This document shows, in pieces, positions 52,470 through 62,588 of a DNA stretch of 64,000 nt. Positions within the stretch are counted from its first letter, which is position 1. Each line of letters opens with the position of its first letter. The translations under genes were made by a program, and so were the position numbers. The notes beneath the pieces are model-generated. The model made no database searches and had not been told where the DNA came from. It worked only from the letters and a program-made list of their open reading frames with translations. Source of the stretch: a bacterium (GTDB lineage Bacteria > Patescibacteriota > Minisyncoccia > Phycocordibacterales > UBA918); assembly GCA_043719295.1 (NCBI GenBank), contig JAYSUD010000001.1, positions 97,700-161,699 on the forward strand, read 5' to 3'.

Positions 52470-53819
52470 ATGGCACACGATAAAAAAGGGATTCCTATAA
52501 TCGGAGGAATGATAGGCTTTCTTGATACTGAGGATATTAACTATGCAATACCTGCACTGGTCATAGGACTTTTTATTGTTGTAGTTGTACTTAGCTTCAT
52601 CGGGGTCTCACAGTCAAAGATGATTACCTTCATCTTTATTTTATCTCCTTTGTGGTTACCATATTTAACCTTTCACTTGTTCTTTGAAAAATGGCTTGAA
52701 ATGGTAGGAAAAAAATTCAGACTTAAAAGCGGGCGTACAATATTTGAAATAAAACTTCCACCTGAAGTATTTAAGTCACCTGAAGCAATGGAGTTTGTGT
52801 TTACTCAGATTTGGAATCAAGCAAGTCCTGATAACTTGTGGGAAACCTATATTGACGGCAAACGTCCGCCAAACTATACCTTTGAACTAGTATCACGAGG
52901 AGGTGATGTACATTTTTACGCGACCATTCCAAACAAATTCACCGGTGGGTTTGTAGACAACATGTATGCCCAGTATCCAGGGGTTGAAGTCATTAAACAG
53001 GAAGTAGACTACACGGCAGAAGTCCCAAGTGACTTTGGTGATTTTAAAGAGTGGTCAGCTATTTGTTTCCATTTCAATAAAAAAAATGACGAAGAACTTC
53101 CGATTAAAACATACATCGACTTTGGAATGGACAAATTGCCAAAAGAGGAACAGAAAGTTGACCCCATGACACCTATGCTTGAAATGCTTGGTGCTATAGA
53201 TCCACATCGACAGATTTGGATTCAGTTTATTGTTCGTGGACACAGAAAACGCAATTTTAAGAACGGACAATTACATGCAGAAGGAACCTGGGAAAAACGA
53301 ATCCAAGCAAAAATTGATAAACTAATGGGAAGAGATAAAGACAAGAAAGCTGAAATTGAGTTTGAGGGAATGGTAAAACTAACAACTGGTGAACGTGACC
53401 TTGTTGACTCAATGGAACGACAAGCAGGGAAAGCGCCATTTGAGTTTGCATGTCGACTGTTTTATCTCTCAAAGAAACCAGGAGATTATGATGGGGGATT
53501 GTACAGTAAGTTTATTCGTAACTTTGCAGCAACCGAAAATCGTATTGGAAATGGCCTTGGAGTAAACTGGCGAACAGACTTTAACTATAACTGGTTTTCA
53601 GATCCTTTTGCTAAAATTCGACCAAAGCTCAAAAAAGAAGAATTACACCTTTATAAAACTCGTCAGTGGTTTAAACATTTTAAAGTAATGTCTGCTGAAG
53701 AGATGGCAACAATCTTTCACTTACCTGGTACTGTTGCGTTTACCCCAACTTTAAATCGTGTTCCATCAACACGAGGTGAGGCGCCGAATAATTTACCAAC
53801 AGGCAATCTACCAACCTAA
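52470..53819 (+). CDS. conserved membrane-anchored protein
   Basis: N-terminal TMs; EIKLPPEVFKSPEAME, YAQYP, EEMATIFHLP, APNNLP. Confidence 0.75.
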   Translation: MAHDKKGIPIIGGMIGFLDTEDINYAIPALVIGLFIVVVVLSFIGVSQSKMITFIFILSPLWLPYLTFHLFFEKWLEMVGKKFRLKSGRTIFEIKLPPEVFKSPEAMEFVFTQIWNQASPDNLWETYIDGKRPPNYTFELVSRGGDVHFYATIPNKFTGGFVDNMYAQYPGVEVIKQEVDYTAEVPSDFGDFKEWSAICFHFNKKNDEELPIKTYIDFGMDKLPKEEQKVDPMTPMLEMLGAIDPHRQIWIQFIVRGHRKRNFKNGQLHAEGTWEKRIQAKIDKLMGRDKDKKAEIEFEGMVKLTTGERDLVDSMERQAGKAPFEFACRLFYLSKKPGDYDGGLYSKFIRNFAATENRIGNGLGVNWRTDFNYNWFSDPFAKIRPKLKKEELHLYKTRQWFKHFKVMSAEEMATIFHLPGTVAFTPTLNRVPSTRGEAPNNLPTGNLPT

Positions 53820-53821
53820 AC

Positions 53822-54823
53822 ATGGAATTTGATCTAACAGAAAGAAATTACAAAAGTATGAATAAGAGCAAATCAATTTTACTCTTTATTATAATTTCGC
53901 TCATAATTCTCTTTGGTATAGGTGGATTTTCATTTTTCCAAACCACTCCACCTGACTATGCTCTAGAACAAGACGGAGTTACACTGCAAATTGATAAGGG
54001 GATGTCGGTTCAGGCAATTGCAAATCGTGCCGAGGAAGTAGGCTTAGTTCGTTCTTCATTTTTTCTCTATGCACTTCTAACCTATTCGTACGACCCAACT
54101 TCAATTTATGCGGGAATCTATCACTTTGAAGAACCAAAAAATGTATTTGAGGTTGCAAAGAAACTTGCTTCAAACGATATTGATGCTTCGTTACAGAGAA
54201 TTACGTTACCTGAAGGAATTACAAGAAAAGCTATTGCAGAAATTGCACAATCAAAAATTAAAGATTTTGACACTATACTTTTCCTGCAACTATCAAAAAA
54301 CAATGAGGGGTACTTATTCCCTGACACTTATTTTGTATCAATTGATTCAACTGCAGAGCAATTTGTAACCGTACTTATGGATACATTTTCTTTAAAAGTA
54401 GCTCCTTATAAAGAAAAAATTGCACAGTCACAATTTTCTGAATATGAAGTACTCATATTGGCTTCTATTTTAGAACGAGAAGCAAATGACGAAGTTTCTA
54501 TGAAAATGGTCTCAGGAATCCTTCAAAATCGACTCAAAATCGGCATGGCACTTCAAACCGATGCATCTATTGAGTATGTTCTTAATAAAACGTTACAGGA
54601 ACTGAAACCAGAAGATTTAAAAATTGATACACCCTACAATACGTACTTGTATCGCGGATTACCTCCAACACCAATTGGGAACCCTGGACTTCAGGCTATT
54701 GAAGCAGTCCTTGAACCGACACCGTCAAAATACATGTTTTACATTACAGGGGACGATGGCCAATTTTATTACGCAGAGACATTTGAAGCACACAAGAGGA
54801 ACATCTCAAAGCACCTCAAATAG
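53822..54823 (+). CDS. mltG: endolytic transglycosylase MltG
   Basis: EGYLFPDTY, ASILERE, LQTDAS, YNTYLYRGLPPTPIGNPG. Confidence 0.93.
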   Translation: MEFDLTERNYKSMNKSKSILLFIIISLIILFGIGGFSFFQTTPPDYALEQDGVTLQIDKGMSVQAIANRAEEVGLVRSSFFLYALLTYSYDPTSIYAGIYHFEEPKNVFEVAKKLASNDIDASLQRITLPEGITRKAIAEIAQSKIKDFDTILFLQLSKNNEGYLFPDTYFVSIDSTAEQFVTVLMDTFSLKVAPYKEKIAQSQFSEYEVLILASILEREANDEVSMKMVSGILQNRLKIGMALQTDASIEYVLNKTLQELKPEDLKIDTPYNTYLYRGLPPTPIGNPGLQAIEAVLEPTPSKYMFYITGDDGQFYYAETFEAHKRNISKHLK

Positions 54824-54852
54824 TACGATATATCGTACTATTTGAGGTGCTT
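54809..54852. repeat. perfect 44-bp palindrome across the mltG stop
   Basis: aagcacctcaaatagtacgata|tatcgtactatttgaggtgctt. Confidence 0.95.
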
Positions 54853-54900
54853 CTGTAAATTTTGCACACAAAGACTCTGTGTGATAGCGTACGTACACAA

Positions 54901-55974
54901 ATGACTACACAAACTACAAAAACTGTGTTTGTTGGACTCTCAGGAGGAGTTGACTCTTCAGTGTGTGCGTTACGTCTTATTAAGCAAGGATATAATGTTG
55001 TCGGAGTTTTTATTAAAGTCTGGCATCCTGATTTTTTAGAATGTAATTGGGAGCAAGAGCGACTTGATGCAATGCGTGTTGCTGCAAAACTCCGCATTCC
55101 ATTTCTTACCTGTGATGCAGAAAAAGCGTATAAGGATGACGTGGCAGATTATTTTATTGGTGAATATAAAATGGGTCGCACACCAAACCCCGATGTTATG
55201 TGTAACAAATACGTAAAGTTCGGTGCATTTTTAGATTTTGCAAAATCTCATAATGCAGACTTTGTTGCAACAGGACACTATGCAATACGAAATGAAAATG
55301 AAGGCTCTTATACGCTCCACAGAGGGGTTGATGGCACAAAAGATCAGTCGTATTTTTTATGGACACTAACGCAAGCACAACTGAAGTACATACTGCTACC
55401 TGTAGGTGATTCAGAAAAGACAATCATTCGAAAAGAAGCAGAGGATGCTGACCTTATAACTGCAGAAAAAAAAGATAGTCAAGGTATCTGTTTTTTAGGT
55501 GCCGTAGATATACCAGAATTTCTTTCGCACTATATTGAACTCAAGGAGGGTGCCGTTCTAAATGAGGAAGGTGTCACTATTGGTACACACAAAGGTGCGC
55601 TCGTATACACAAATGGACAACGACAAGGTTTTACCATTACAACATCAAATCCGGTTCGAAAGCCGTATTACGTGTGTGACAGAAACATTGAAGAGAATAC
55701 GATTACTGTTACAACCAATAAGATTGTTACAGAAATAAAAAGCCTCATTACACTAACTGAATTAAACTACATTGCCTTCGAACCTAAAGTTGGAAACATG
55801 CTTTCAATACAAACTCGGTATCGTCAAAAACCGTCGCTCTGTGAAATTGTTTCTATAGACGAAAAATCGCTTACACTTACGTATACGGAGGTAGGTGAAA
55901 CAGTAAGCTACGGTCAGTCATGTGTATTATATGATGATGAAGTCTGCTGTGGGGGTGGTATTATTACGGAATGA
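54901..55974 (+). CDS. mnmA: tRNA 2-thiouridine(34) synthase
   Basis: SGGVDSS, TPNPDVMCN, ATGHYA, KDQSYFL, DSQGICF. Confidence 0.96.
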   Translation: MTTQTTKTVFVGLSGGVDSSVCALRLIKQGYNVVGVFIKVWHPDFLECNWEQERLDAMRVAAKLRIPFLTCDAEKAYKDDVADYFIGEYKMGRTPNPDVMCNKYVKFGAFLDFAKSHNADFVATGHYAIRNENEGSYTLHRGVDGTKDQSYFLWTLTQAQLKYILLPVGDSEKTIIRKEAEDADLITAEKKDSQGICFLGAVDIPEFLSHYIELKEGAVLNEEGVTIGTHKGALVYTNGQRQGFTITTSNPVRKPYYVCDRNIEENTITVTTNKIVTEIKSLITLTELNYIAFEPKVGNMLSIQTRYRQKPSLCEIVSIDEKSLTLTYTEVGETVSYGQSCVLYDDEVCCGGGIITE

Positions 55975-56813
55975 GTTTTTCTGTAGCGAAAGCAGACGGT
56001 AACTTCGAGCCATTTAATGCTCAAAAGTTACGGCAGTCTTTACAACAATCTGGCGCAACCTCTGCTGAAATTAGCGCGATTGTAGCTGAAATTGAATCAA
56101 TAATGTATGACGGTATTCATACCCAAGAAATATACAAGTATGCATTTGAACTCCTCCAAAAAAGTGAAGTGACCGTTGCTGCACGATACTCCTTACGAAG
56201 AGCACTTTTTAATCTCGGCCCAACTGGTTTTCCGTTCGAAGACTTTTTAGCTCGATTGTTTGCCTATGAAGGCTACATAACAAAGACGCGTGTATTGTTA
56301 CAGGGTAATTGTGTTGAACATGAACTTGATGTTGCTGCATATAAAAGTGACCATAGTTTTGTTTGCGAAGCGAAATTTCACTCACATCCAGGGATGAAGT
56401 CTGATCTCCAAGTTGCACTCTATTGTCACTCGCGCCTTCTTGATCTTAAGGATACTAAAATCTGTAACGAGGACATTTGCGGTATAAAGGAACTTATGAT
56501 TGTGACTAATACAAAATTTACCACTTCAGCAGAAAAGTATGGTGTTTGTAGCGGACTCACCCTTCTCAGTTGGGATTTTCCTAAAAAGAATAACCTCCAT
56601 GACCGTATTCAAAAATCAGGAATGTATCCCGTTACCGTTTTGCAAACATTGAGTGTTTCTCAAAAAAGAGCATTGATTGAACGCGGGATTGTCGTTTGTG
56701 CTGATTTGTTAGTAAAGCCCGAGTTATTGCGACATGCCCACATCTCACAAACACGAATGCAGTTGGTTCTTGAAGAGGCAAAGAAGCTCAGTCAAACAAC
56801 AGTAGGTCAATAG
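55971..56813 (+). CDS. ATP-cone plus Mrr-like restriction endonuclease domain protein
   Basis: VAKADGNFEPFNAQKL ATP-cone; GFPFE...HELDV...CEAK...VTNTKFT. Confidence 0.8.
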   Translation: MSFSVAKADGNFEPFNAQKLRQSLQQSGATSAEISAIVAEIESIMYDGIHTQEIYKYAFELLQKSEVTVAARYSLRRALFNLGPTGFPFEDFLARLFAYEGYITKTRVLLQGNCVEHELDVAAYKSDHSFVCEAKFHSHPGMKSDLQVALYCHSRLLDLKDTKICNEDICGIKELMIVTNTKFTTSAEKYGVCSGLTLLSWDFPKKNNLHDRIQKSGMYPVTVLQTLSVSQKRALIERGIVVCADLLVKPELLRHAHISQTRMQLVLEEAKKLSQTTVGQ

Positions 56814-56935
56814 GAACCTCAAAAGACGGCGCACTTCTTCGTTGTGCTACGTGAAATATTACTCAATGTACTATACGTACACCTCGCCATATTTTACTTG
56901 CACGTCTCGAATTGCAATCGTTTTTGAGATTCCTA
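56811..56935. repeat. dispersed structured repeat, copy 6
   Basis: taggaacctcaaaagacg / cgtttttgagattccta arms plus core. Confidence 0.92.
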
Positions 56936-57022
56936 CAAAACTAGACTAGGTTTTGTCAAGACTTTTCTTATTTTTAGCTATGATATAATTGGCGTATATA
57001 AGCATTATCACAGAATTATTGT

Positions 57023-57559
57023 ATGTCAGAACAAGAGAAGCAAGAAAGCCAGAAGACTGTAGTTGCATTTGCTGCAGGACTTCTTATTGGAGGATTGCTC
57101 GTATGGATTTTTGGAGGTTCACCTAAGACAGAGGAGGTTGCACAAGAAAAAACAGATACAACAACTACAGAAGAAGTAACTACAACAACAGGTGAAGAAG
57201 TCAAGCCGGAAGAAGTAAAAACTGATGCAAAACCAGTCCTCGTTACTGGAGAAGGAAAGATTGAAGTTGATGAAGTTAAAGCAGGTAAGGAAGTAAAACT
57301 TTCAAGTGCAACATTCCCAACTGATGAAGGATGGATTGGAGTACGTGATTACGCAAACGGACAACCTGCAGGATTACTTGGAGTTGCGCGATACAGTAAA
57401 GAACAAGGGCTTGTTCCAGAATCAGTTGTATTACAACGTTCAACAGTTGCAGGTAACTCTTACGCTATTGTTTTCTATAGTGAAAGTGGAGACCGTGTGT
57501 TCAGTTTAGCTGATGATAAGCAGATTGAGGGGGCTTTTGCAACATTTACCGCAAAATAG
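57023..57559 (+). CDS. membrane-anchored hypothetical protein
   Basis: TM helix, T/E-rich linker, beta domain (GWIGV...LLG). Confidence 0.75.
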   Translation: MSEQEKQESQKTVVAFAAGLLIGGLLVWIFGGSPKTEEVAQEKTDTTTTEEVTTTTGEEVKPEEVKTDAKPVLVTGEGKIEVDEVKAGKEVKLSSATFPTDEGWIGVRDYANGQPAGLLGVARYSKEQGLVPESVVLQRSTVAGNSYAIVFYSESGDRVFSLADDKQIEGAFATFTAK

Positions 57560-57561
57560 TT

Positions 57562-57685
57562 TTTAGCCTCCACAAGCGGCACACTTCTTCATTGTCCTGC
57601 AGAAAATATTTCTCATCGTACTTCATGTACGACTCGTCACATTTTCTTTGTACAATTCGAATTGCACTCGCTTCTGAAGCCTAAA
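57562..57685. repeat. dispersed structured repeat, copy 7
   Basis: tttagcctccacaagcg / cgcttctgaagcctaaa arms; apical tcgtac-ttcat-gtacga. Confidence 0.9.
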
Positions 57686-57696
57686 ACAGATCAAAA

Positions 57697-57737
57697 ATCA
57701 TAGAAAAAAGCGCGATTTTCGGGCTTTTTTCTATGAT
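57697..57737. terminator. terminator-like hairpin
   Basis: atcatagaaaaaagc...gcttttttctatgat. Confidence 0.65.
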
Positions 57738-57753
57738 GGTATACTAAGTACCT

Positions 57754-58533
57754 ATGTCAACGTACGTAAAAAAATATAATCCAAACCGGTCATCAGAATG
57801 GAACTATGGCGGAGCAAAGTGGAAACTATCTCGTTCAAAAATTGATTTTTTTATTGAGTGTCCTCGTTGCTTTTATATTGACAACAAACTTGGAACAAAA
57901 CGACCTGGAATGCCATCGTTTAACTTAAACATTGCAGTTGATGAGTTATTTAAAAAAGAATTCGATACGTATCGTGAAAAAGGTGAATCACATCCAATCA
58001 TGAAAGAGTATAAAGTTGATGCAGTGCCTTTTGTACACAAAGAACTTAACGTATGGCGTGACCCCTTTGAAGGAATACAATTTGTACATAAATCTACAGG
58101 ATTAACCGTCTCAGGTGGAATTGATGATGTATGGCAAAACAAAGATGAATCATTGATTGTTGTTGACTACAAAGCAACTTCTAAAGACGGAAAAATTGAA
58201 ACACTTGCCGATTCTTCATGGGAAGATCAGTACAAACGACAAATTGGTGTGTATCAGTGGCTCTTTACTCAAAATGGATTTAACGTCCAGAAAACAGGGT
58301 TTTTTGTCTATGCCAACGCACTTAAAAGTGGAGAGGCCTTTAACGACACATTAACCTTTGATACCACACTTGTTCCGTGCGAAGGTGATCAAAGCTGGAT
58401 AGAACCAACGTTAGAAAAAATTAAAGTCTGCCTTGAGAACGATACCTACCCAGAATCAGGTCCAAATTGTGAGTACTGTCCGTATCGAGAAGCCTGCGGT
58501 AAAAAACTACAGGCAATTCACAAGAAATCATAA
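57754..58533 (+). CDS. PD-(D/E)XK nuclease (RecB/Cas4-like, Fe-S cysteines)
   Basis: LSRS..CPRC, GGIDD...VDYK, Q...Y, CEYCPYREAC. Confidence 0.85.
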   Translation: MSTYVKKYNPNRSSEWNYGGAKWKLSRSKIDFFIECPRCFYIDNKLGTKRPGMPSFNLNIAVDELFKKEFDTYREKGESHPIMKEYKVDAVPFVHKELNVWRDPFEGIQFVHKSTGLTVSGGIDDVWQNKDESLIVVDYKATSKDGKIETLADSSWEDQYKRQIGVYQWLFTQNGFNVQKTGFFVYANALKSGEAFNDTLTFDTTLVPCEGDQSWIEPTLEKIKVCLENDTYPESGPNCEYCPYREACGKKLQAIHKKS

Positions 58534-58537
58534 ATGT

Positions 58538-58798
58538 ATGACTGAATTTACCGAACTCGTTCGTGATGTAGTCCGAAATATCCCAAAGGGTAGTGTTATG
58601 ACGTATAAGGAGGTTGCCAAAAAAGCAGGTAATGAAAAAGCTTCACGAGCTGTAGCAAACGTTATGGCAGCAAACTATGACCTTGAAGTGCCTTGCCACC
58701 GTGTTATTCGGGCCGACGGTACTTTAGGAGGCTATAATCGTGGTGGAATTGAAAAAAAGCGTGAACTATTAACTGAAGAAGGTGTACAATTATCATAA
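58538..58798 (+). CDS. MGMT family (O6-alkylguanine transferase DNA-binding domain) protein
   Basis: IPKGSVMTYKEVA...RAVA...PCHRVI. Confidence 0.9.
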   Translation: MTEFTELVRDVVRNIPKGSVMTYKEVAKKAGNEKASRAVANVMAANYDLEVPCHRVIRADGTLGGYNRGGIEKKRELLTEEGVQLS

Positions 58799-58799
58799 T

Positions 58800-59309
58800 A
58801 TGCAAAACTCTGATAACCAAAGGAAATTAGATGCTTCACGGCAACTACAAGATTTACATCAACAGAATCGTCGTACGTTAGATAATCACTTGCAACAGCT
58901 GACACAGAAACAGTATCAAGTAAGTACGAACGCACAATCAAAAATGCAACAAGTTTCAACACTTGAAGCACAAGCTTTAAATACATATAAAAAAGCTCAA
59001 GAAACATTTAAGCAGGCAGAGCAACAAATGCAAAGATCACAAGAAAACTATACAAGCGCACAAATGCGTGCACAAAAAGTACGTCTGGACATTGAAAAAA
59101 ACGCAACAAGTGAACAAGTAAAAATAATCAACGAAATTAAAGCGAAGGAACGAGAAATCGCGGTCACTCAAGCGAAAGCTGAAACTGAGACGAGAAACGT
59201 TGAAGAGTATACAAAACGTGTTCAAGATGATACGCGAAAAGAAATGGACCTCATGAGAAAGAACGCGGCTAATGTAAATAGTAGACCAGAAATGCGTAGA
59301 AGAGCATAA
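58800..59309 (+). CDS. Gln-rich coiled-coil protein
   Basis: Q/E/K/R-rich helical ORF filling the operon gap. Confidence 0.7.
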   Translation: MQNSDNQRKLDASRQLQDLHQQNRRTLDNHLQQLTQKQYQVSTNAQSKMQQVSTLEAQALNTYKKAQETFKQAEQQMQRSQENYTSAQMRAQKVRLDIEKNATSEQVKIINEIKAKEREIAVTQAKAETETRNVEEYTKRVQDDTRKEMDLMRKNAANVNSRPEMRRRA

Positions 59310-59333
59310 TGTTTAATAAGTAATCCATCACAT

Positions 59334-59936
59334 ATGTATTCCTACCGCATTGAACAAGCACTTCGCGCTGCGACAATTCTTCACAAAGACCAAGTTCGTA
59401 AGGGATCAATAGCAATTCCTTATGTAAGTCATCTTGTTGCAGTCTCATTCATTGCGCTTGACTATACGGACAATGAAGATGTTATTATTGCATGCCTTCT
59501 TCACGACACACTTGAAGACACTGACTACACAAAAGCTGAGCTTGAAGATGATTTTGGAGGGGTCGTTCGCGAGATAGTCGAAGCAGTCTCAGAACCACAA
59601 ACCGAAGAATTCAAAAAATTACCTTGGCGAGAACAAAAGCTACACTATGTTAAAAACCTTAAAGGAGCTCAAGAAGAAGCTTTGATTGTTTCGGCTGCAG
59701 ATAAGATACACAACATGCGAACGGTCATAGAAGAGTATTATGATGATCATTCACGATTTGTTGCGGACTTTAAAGGAAGTTTAGAAGACAGACTCTTTGC
59801 ATACGAAGAGATAAGTACTGTTTTAAACAAAAAACTGCACAATGGAATTATTGAAGAATTTAATATAGTATTTGGAGAATATAAAAATTTTATTTCAGAT
59901 GTCAAAAAATCTAAAGAAGAACAAGAACGTTTCTAA
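59334..59936 (+). CDS. HD-domain protein (small alarmone hydrolase/Mesh1-like)
   Basis: HKDQVRKG..PYVSH, LLHDTLEDT, ADKIHN. Confidence 0.85.
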   Translation: MYSYRIEQALRAATILHKDQVRKGSIAIPYVSHLVAVSFIALDYTDNEDVIIACLLHDTLEDTDYTKAELEDDFGGVVREIVEAVSEPQTEEFKKLPWREQKLHYVKNLKGAQEEALIVSAADKIHNMRTVIEEYYDDHSRFVADFKGSLEDRLFAYEEISTVLNKKLHNGIIEEFNIVFGEYKNFISDVKKSKEEQERF

Positions 59937-61218
59937 AACCAAAGAGTACACCTTTGTAAAGAAGTATAAAACAATTTCAGAATACAGACTTAAAAATGGT
60001 CTTACGCTGTTGTATATGGAAGTCAAAGGAACCGGAGTTGTAACAAGCAACATCGTATACAAAGTCGGAGCACGTGATGAAAGAGCTGGCGAAACAGGTT
60101 TAGCACACATGCTTGAACATATGCTTTTTAAACCAACAGAGGCGGATCTTAAAATGAAAATCGATTCAGGAGCAATGCAATTTGAACGCGAGACTGGATG
60201 TATTTTGAATGCAAATACTTGGAAAGATCGAACAACTTATTTTTTTAGTTACCCAAAATCTCATTTTAAACGTGCGCTCATCATCGAAGCAGAACGTATG
60301 CATGGGGTTGTTATAAGTGACAAAGAATTTCTTCCTGAACGTAACAATGTGCTGTCAGAGTTTGATATGTACTTTGGTGATCCATATTTTGCATTGAGTG
60401 TTGAAATGGTTTGTTGTACCTACCACAATCATCCATACGGTCACGAAACAATTGGTTTTAGAGAAGACATAGAGCGGTACACCACACCAATGCTTAAATC
60501 ATTTTATAATCGTTTCTATGACCCTAAAAATGCTACCCTTACGGTTGTAGGAGACATAGACGAACAAACGTGTCTTGAAGAAGTAACAAAAGCCTTTGGT
60601 GTACTTACTTCAAATTCTGAAATTATTAGAAATATACCTGCTTGTGAACCAAAACAAGAAGGGTTGCGTCGTATCACTATTGAGCGTGAATCTTCTACGA
60701 ACATCGTTGCATTTGGAGTTAAACATGGTGGGTTTCCAGCTAAAGAATGGACACAAACACAATTACTTGCATCAATTTTGACCGAAGGCCCTGACAGTAT
60801 TTTATACACAAAGCTCATTGATAAAGGTTTAGCATCAAAAGTAGAAATGAGTGTTGAGCCAACACAAGAAGAAAATGTTGGCATTCTCTACGTTACTCTT
60901 ACAAAAAAAGCTACACATTCACAAATTGAAAAAATTGTGTTTGATGTTGTACTTTCTCTCACTTCAAAAGATATAGCGCTTCTGTACAAAAAAGTTCAAC
61001 AAAAGATACTTACTTCAGAAATACTTGGACGCGAAAGTTCACTTGCTATCACGCGAGAGCTTACTGAATATGTCGGAGCAGGAGCATGGGAGGAATATTT
61101 TACTACTGAAGCAACGTTAAAAAGCATTACCGCAAAAGACATTATACAAACGGCACAAAAGATATTCGCTCAAAAACAAATGATTATTGGGCACTTTGTT
61201 GGCAAAATAGCTAAATAA
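59899..61218 (+). CDS. M16 zinc peptidase (active subunit)
   Basis: GLAHMLEHM (HxxEH), NANT, HPYG. Start position uncertain. Confidence 0.9.
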   Translation: MSKNLKKNKNVSKTKEYTFVKKYKTISEYRLKNGLTLLYMEVKGTGVVTSNIVYKVGARDERAGETGLAHMLEHMLFKPTEADLKMKIDSGAMQFERETGCILNANTWKDRTTYFFSYPKSHFKRALIIEAERMHGVVISDKEFLPERNNVLSEFDMYFGDPYFALSVEMVCCTYHNHPYGHETIGFREDIERYTTPMLKSFYNRFYDPKNATLTVVGDIDEQTCLEEVTKAFGVLTSNSEIIRNIPACEPKQEGLRRITIERESSTNIVAFGVKHGGFPAKEWTQTQLLASILTEGPDSILYTKLIDKGLASKVEMSVEPTQEENVGILYVTLTKKATHSQIEKIVFDVVLSLTSKDIALLYKKVQQKILTSEILGRESSLAITRELTEYVGAGAWEEYFTTEATLKSITAKDIIQTAQKIFAQKQMIIGHFVGKIAK

Positions 61219-61222
61219 TACT

Positions 61223-62533
61223 ATGGATTTCAAAGAATATTTAAACGCTGATACTAACAGTATAAGTATCACTCGAAATAATGAGCGAACTTTTTCTGTC
61301 TTAGTCTCAATGCCATACTCAAGAAGTAACCATGATGTGAAATGCGAGGCAATTTCGTATGTATATACTCACGCACTTCTTTCTGGATGTGGTACGTACA
61401 CACGTACACAGTTTCTTGACGCTGTAAGCTTAATTGGGGCAAGCATCAACGTCACTGCAAGCGATGGTATGGTTACCATTTCTTTTTCTTCACTTGATAC
61501 ACATCAGATGAAGCTACAGGCTTTGGTAAAGACAATGATTGGTTCACCTACATTTACATCAACCGAAATCAAGCGTATTAAAGAGTTAGTTACAAACGAA
61601 CTTATAGAATCAAAAGAAGATGCAAAAATGCGTTCACTTGAAGCACTTGAAAATGTACTCTACACACAGAATGATAGCCGATATACCTTTAATACTGATG
61701 TGTTGATCAAAGAGATTGAAAATGTAGAGAAAAAGAGTCTTCAAGAGTTTCATATAAATGTTCTAAACTCAAAATGGATATCTACATTTATCTCTGATAC
61801 TAAGTACAAACAAAAAATACAAAATTTCATAAATACATTGCAAAAACTATCTTCAAGGGAGAACAGTATGGGCAGTAATTTTCCAATGAATATTGAAGCA
61901 CGTATACTTACAAAAAAAGTTGTAGAACTTGTTTCTATTCCAAGTAAACAGAATATAGAAATTAATATCGGGAATTCACTACCATTAACTCAAGATGATA
62001 AAAATTATTATGCTTTTGTATTTGGCCTCAATGTGCTTGGAAAATGGGGAGGTTTTGCAGGACGTCTAATGAGCACTGTACGGGAAAAAGAAGGCCTCAC
62101 ATACGGTATTTATGCAAAGACAGAAACGACATCTCGAAAACGTAGTGGGTATTGGCGCATTATGACTTTTTTTGCGCCAGATAAAGTACTCCAAGGTATT
62201 GCTTCAACGCTTCGTGAGATTGAACTCATTAGAACCAAAGGTATTACGCAATCTGAATTTGATCGTTTTAAAACTATTCTAGAAACTGGAGAGGCCATGC
62301 GCGGAGATTCACTCCAAAGCACGTTACGCTACCATCACGGCCTACAATTAGCTGGATTTGACCTTGAAGGAATTACTGTACGAAGGACTAAATTCAGTAC
62401 CCTTACCAGAATTGAGATAAACCAAGCACTCAAAAAGTATCTTGATACCTCAAAGCTTGTGATTTCGTGCGCTGGACCGACTGCTTCAAAAACAAAAGAA
62501 CTCATGAAACTTCAACTTCATAAAAGTACATAG
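61223..62533 (+). CDS. M16 peptidase partner subunit (inactive)
   Basis: No HxxEH; GGFAGRLMSTVREKEGLTYGI. Confidence 0.85.
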   Translation: MDFKEYLNADTNSISITRNNERTFSVLVSMPYSRSNHDVKCEAISYVYTHALLSGCGTYTRTQFLDAVSLIGASINVTASDGMVTISFSSLDTHQMKLQALVKTMIGSPTFTSTEIKRIKELVTNELIESKEDAKMRSLEALENVLYTQNDSRYTFNTDVLIKEIENVEKKSLQEFHINVLNSKWISTFISDTKYKQKIQNFINTLQKLSSRENSMGSNFPMNIEARILTKKVVELVSIPSKQNIEINIGNSLPLTQDDKNYYAFVFGLNVLGKWGGFAGRLMSTVREKEGLTYGIYAKTETTSRKRSGYWRIMTFFAPDKVLQGIASTLREIELIRTKGITQSEFDRFKTILETGEAMRGDSLQSTLRYHHGLQLAGFDLEGITVRRTKFSTLTRIEINQALKKYLDTSKLVISCAGPTASKTKELMKLQLHKST

Positions 62534-62588
62534 AAACACAAAGACCTTTAATAAATCTGAGTATTTGGTATAGTCTTCATACAAATAT

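Noticed and set aside
57754-58533. Cas4-like nuclease as evidence for CRISPR-Cas
   Set aside because: No repeat-spacer array or other cas genes in the window; solo RecB/Cas4-like nucleases are common.
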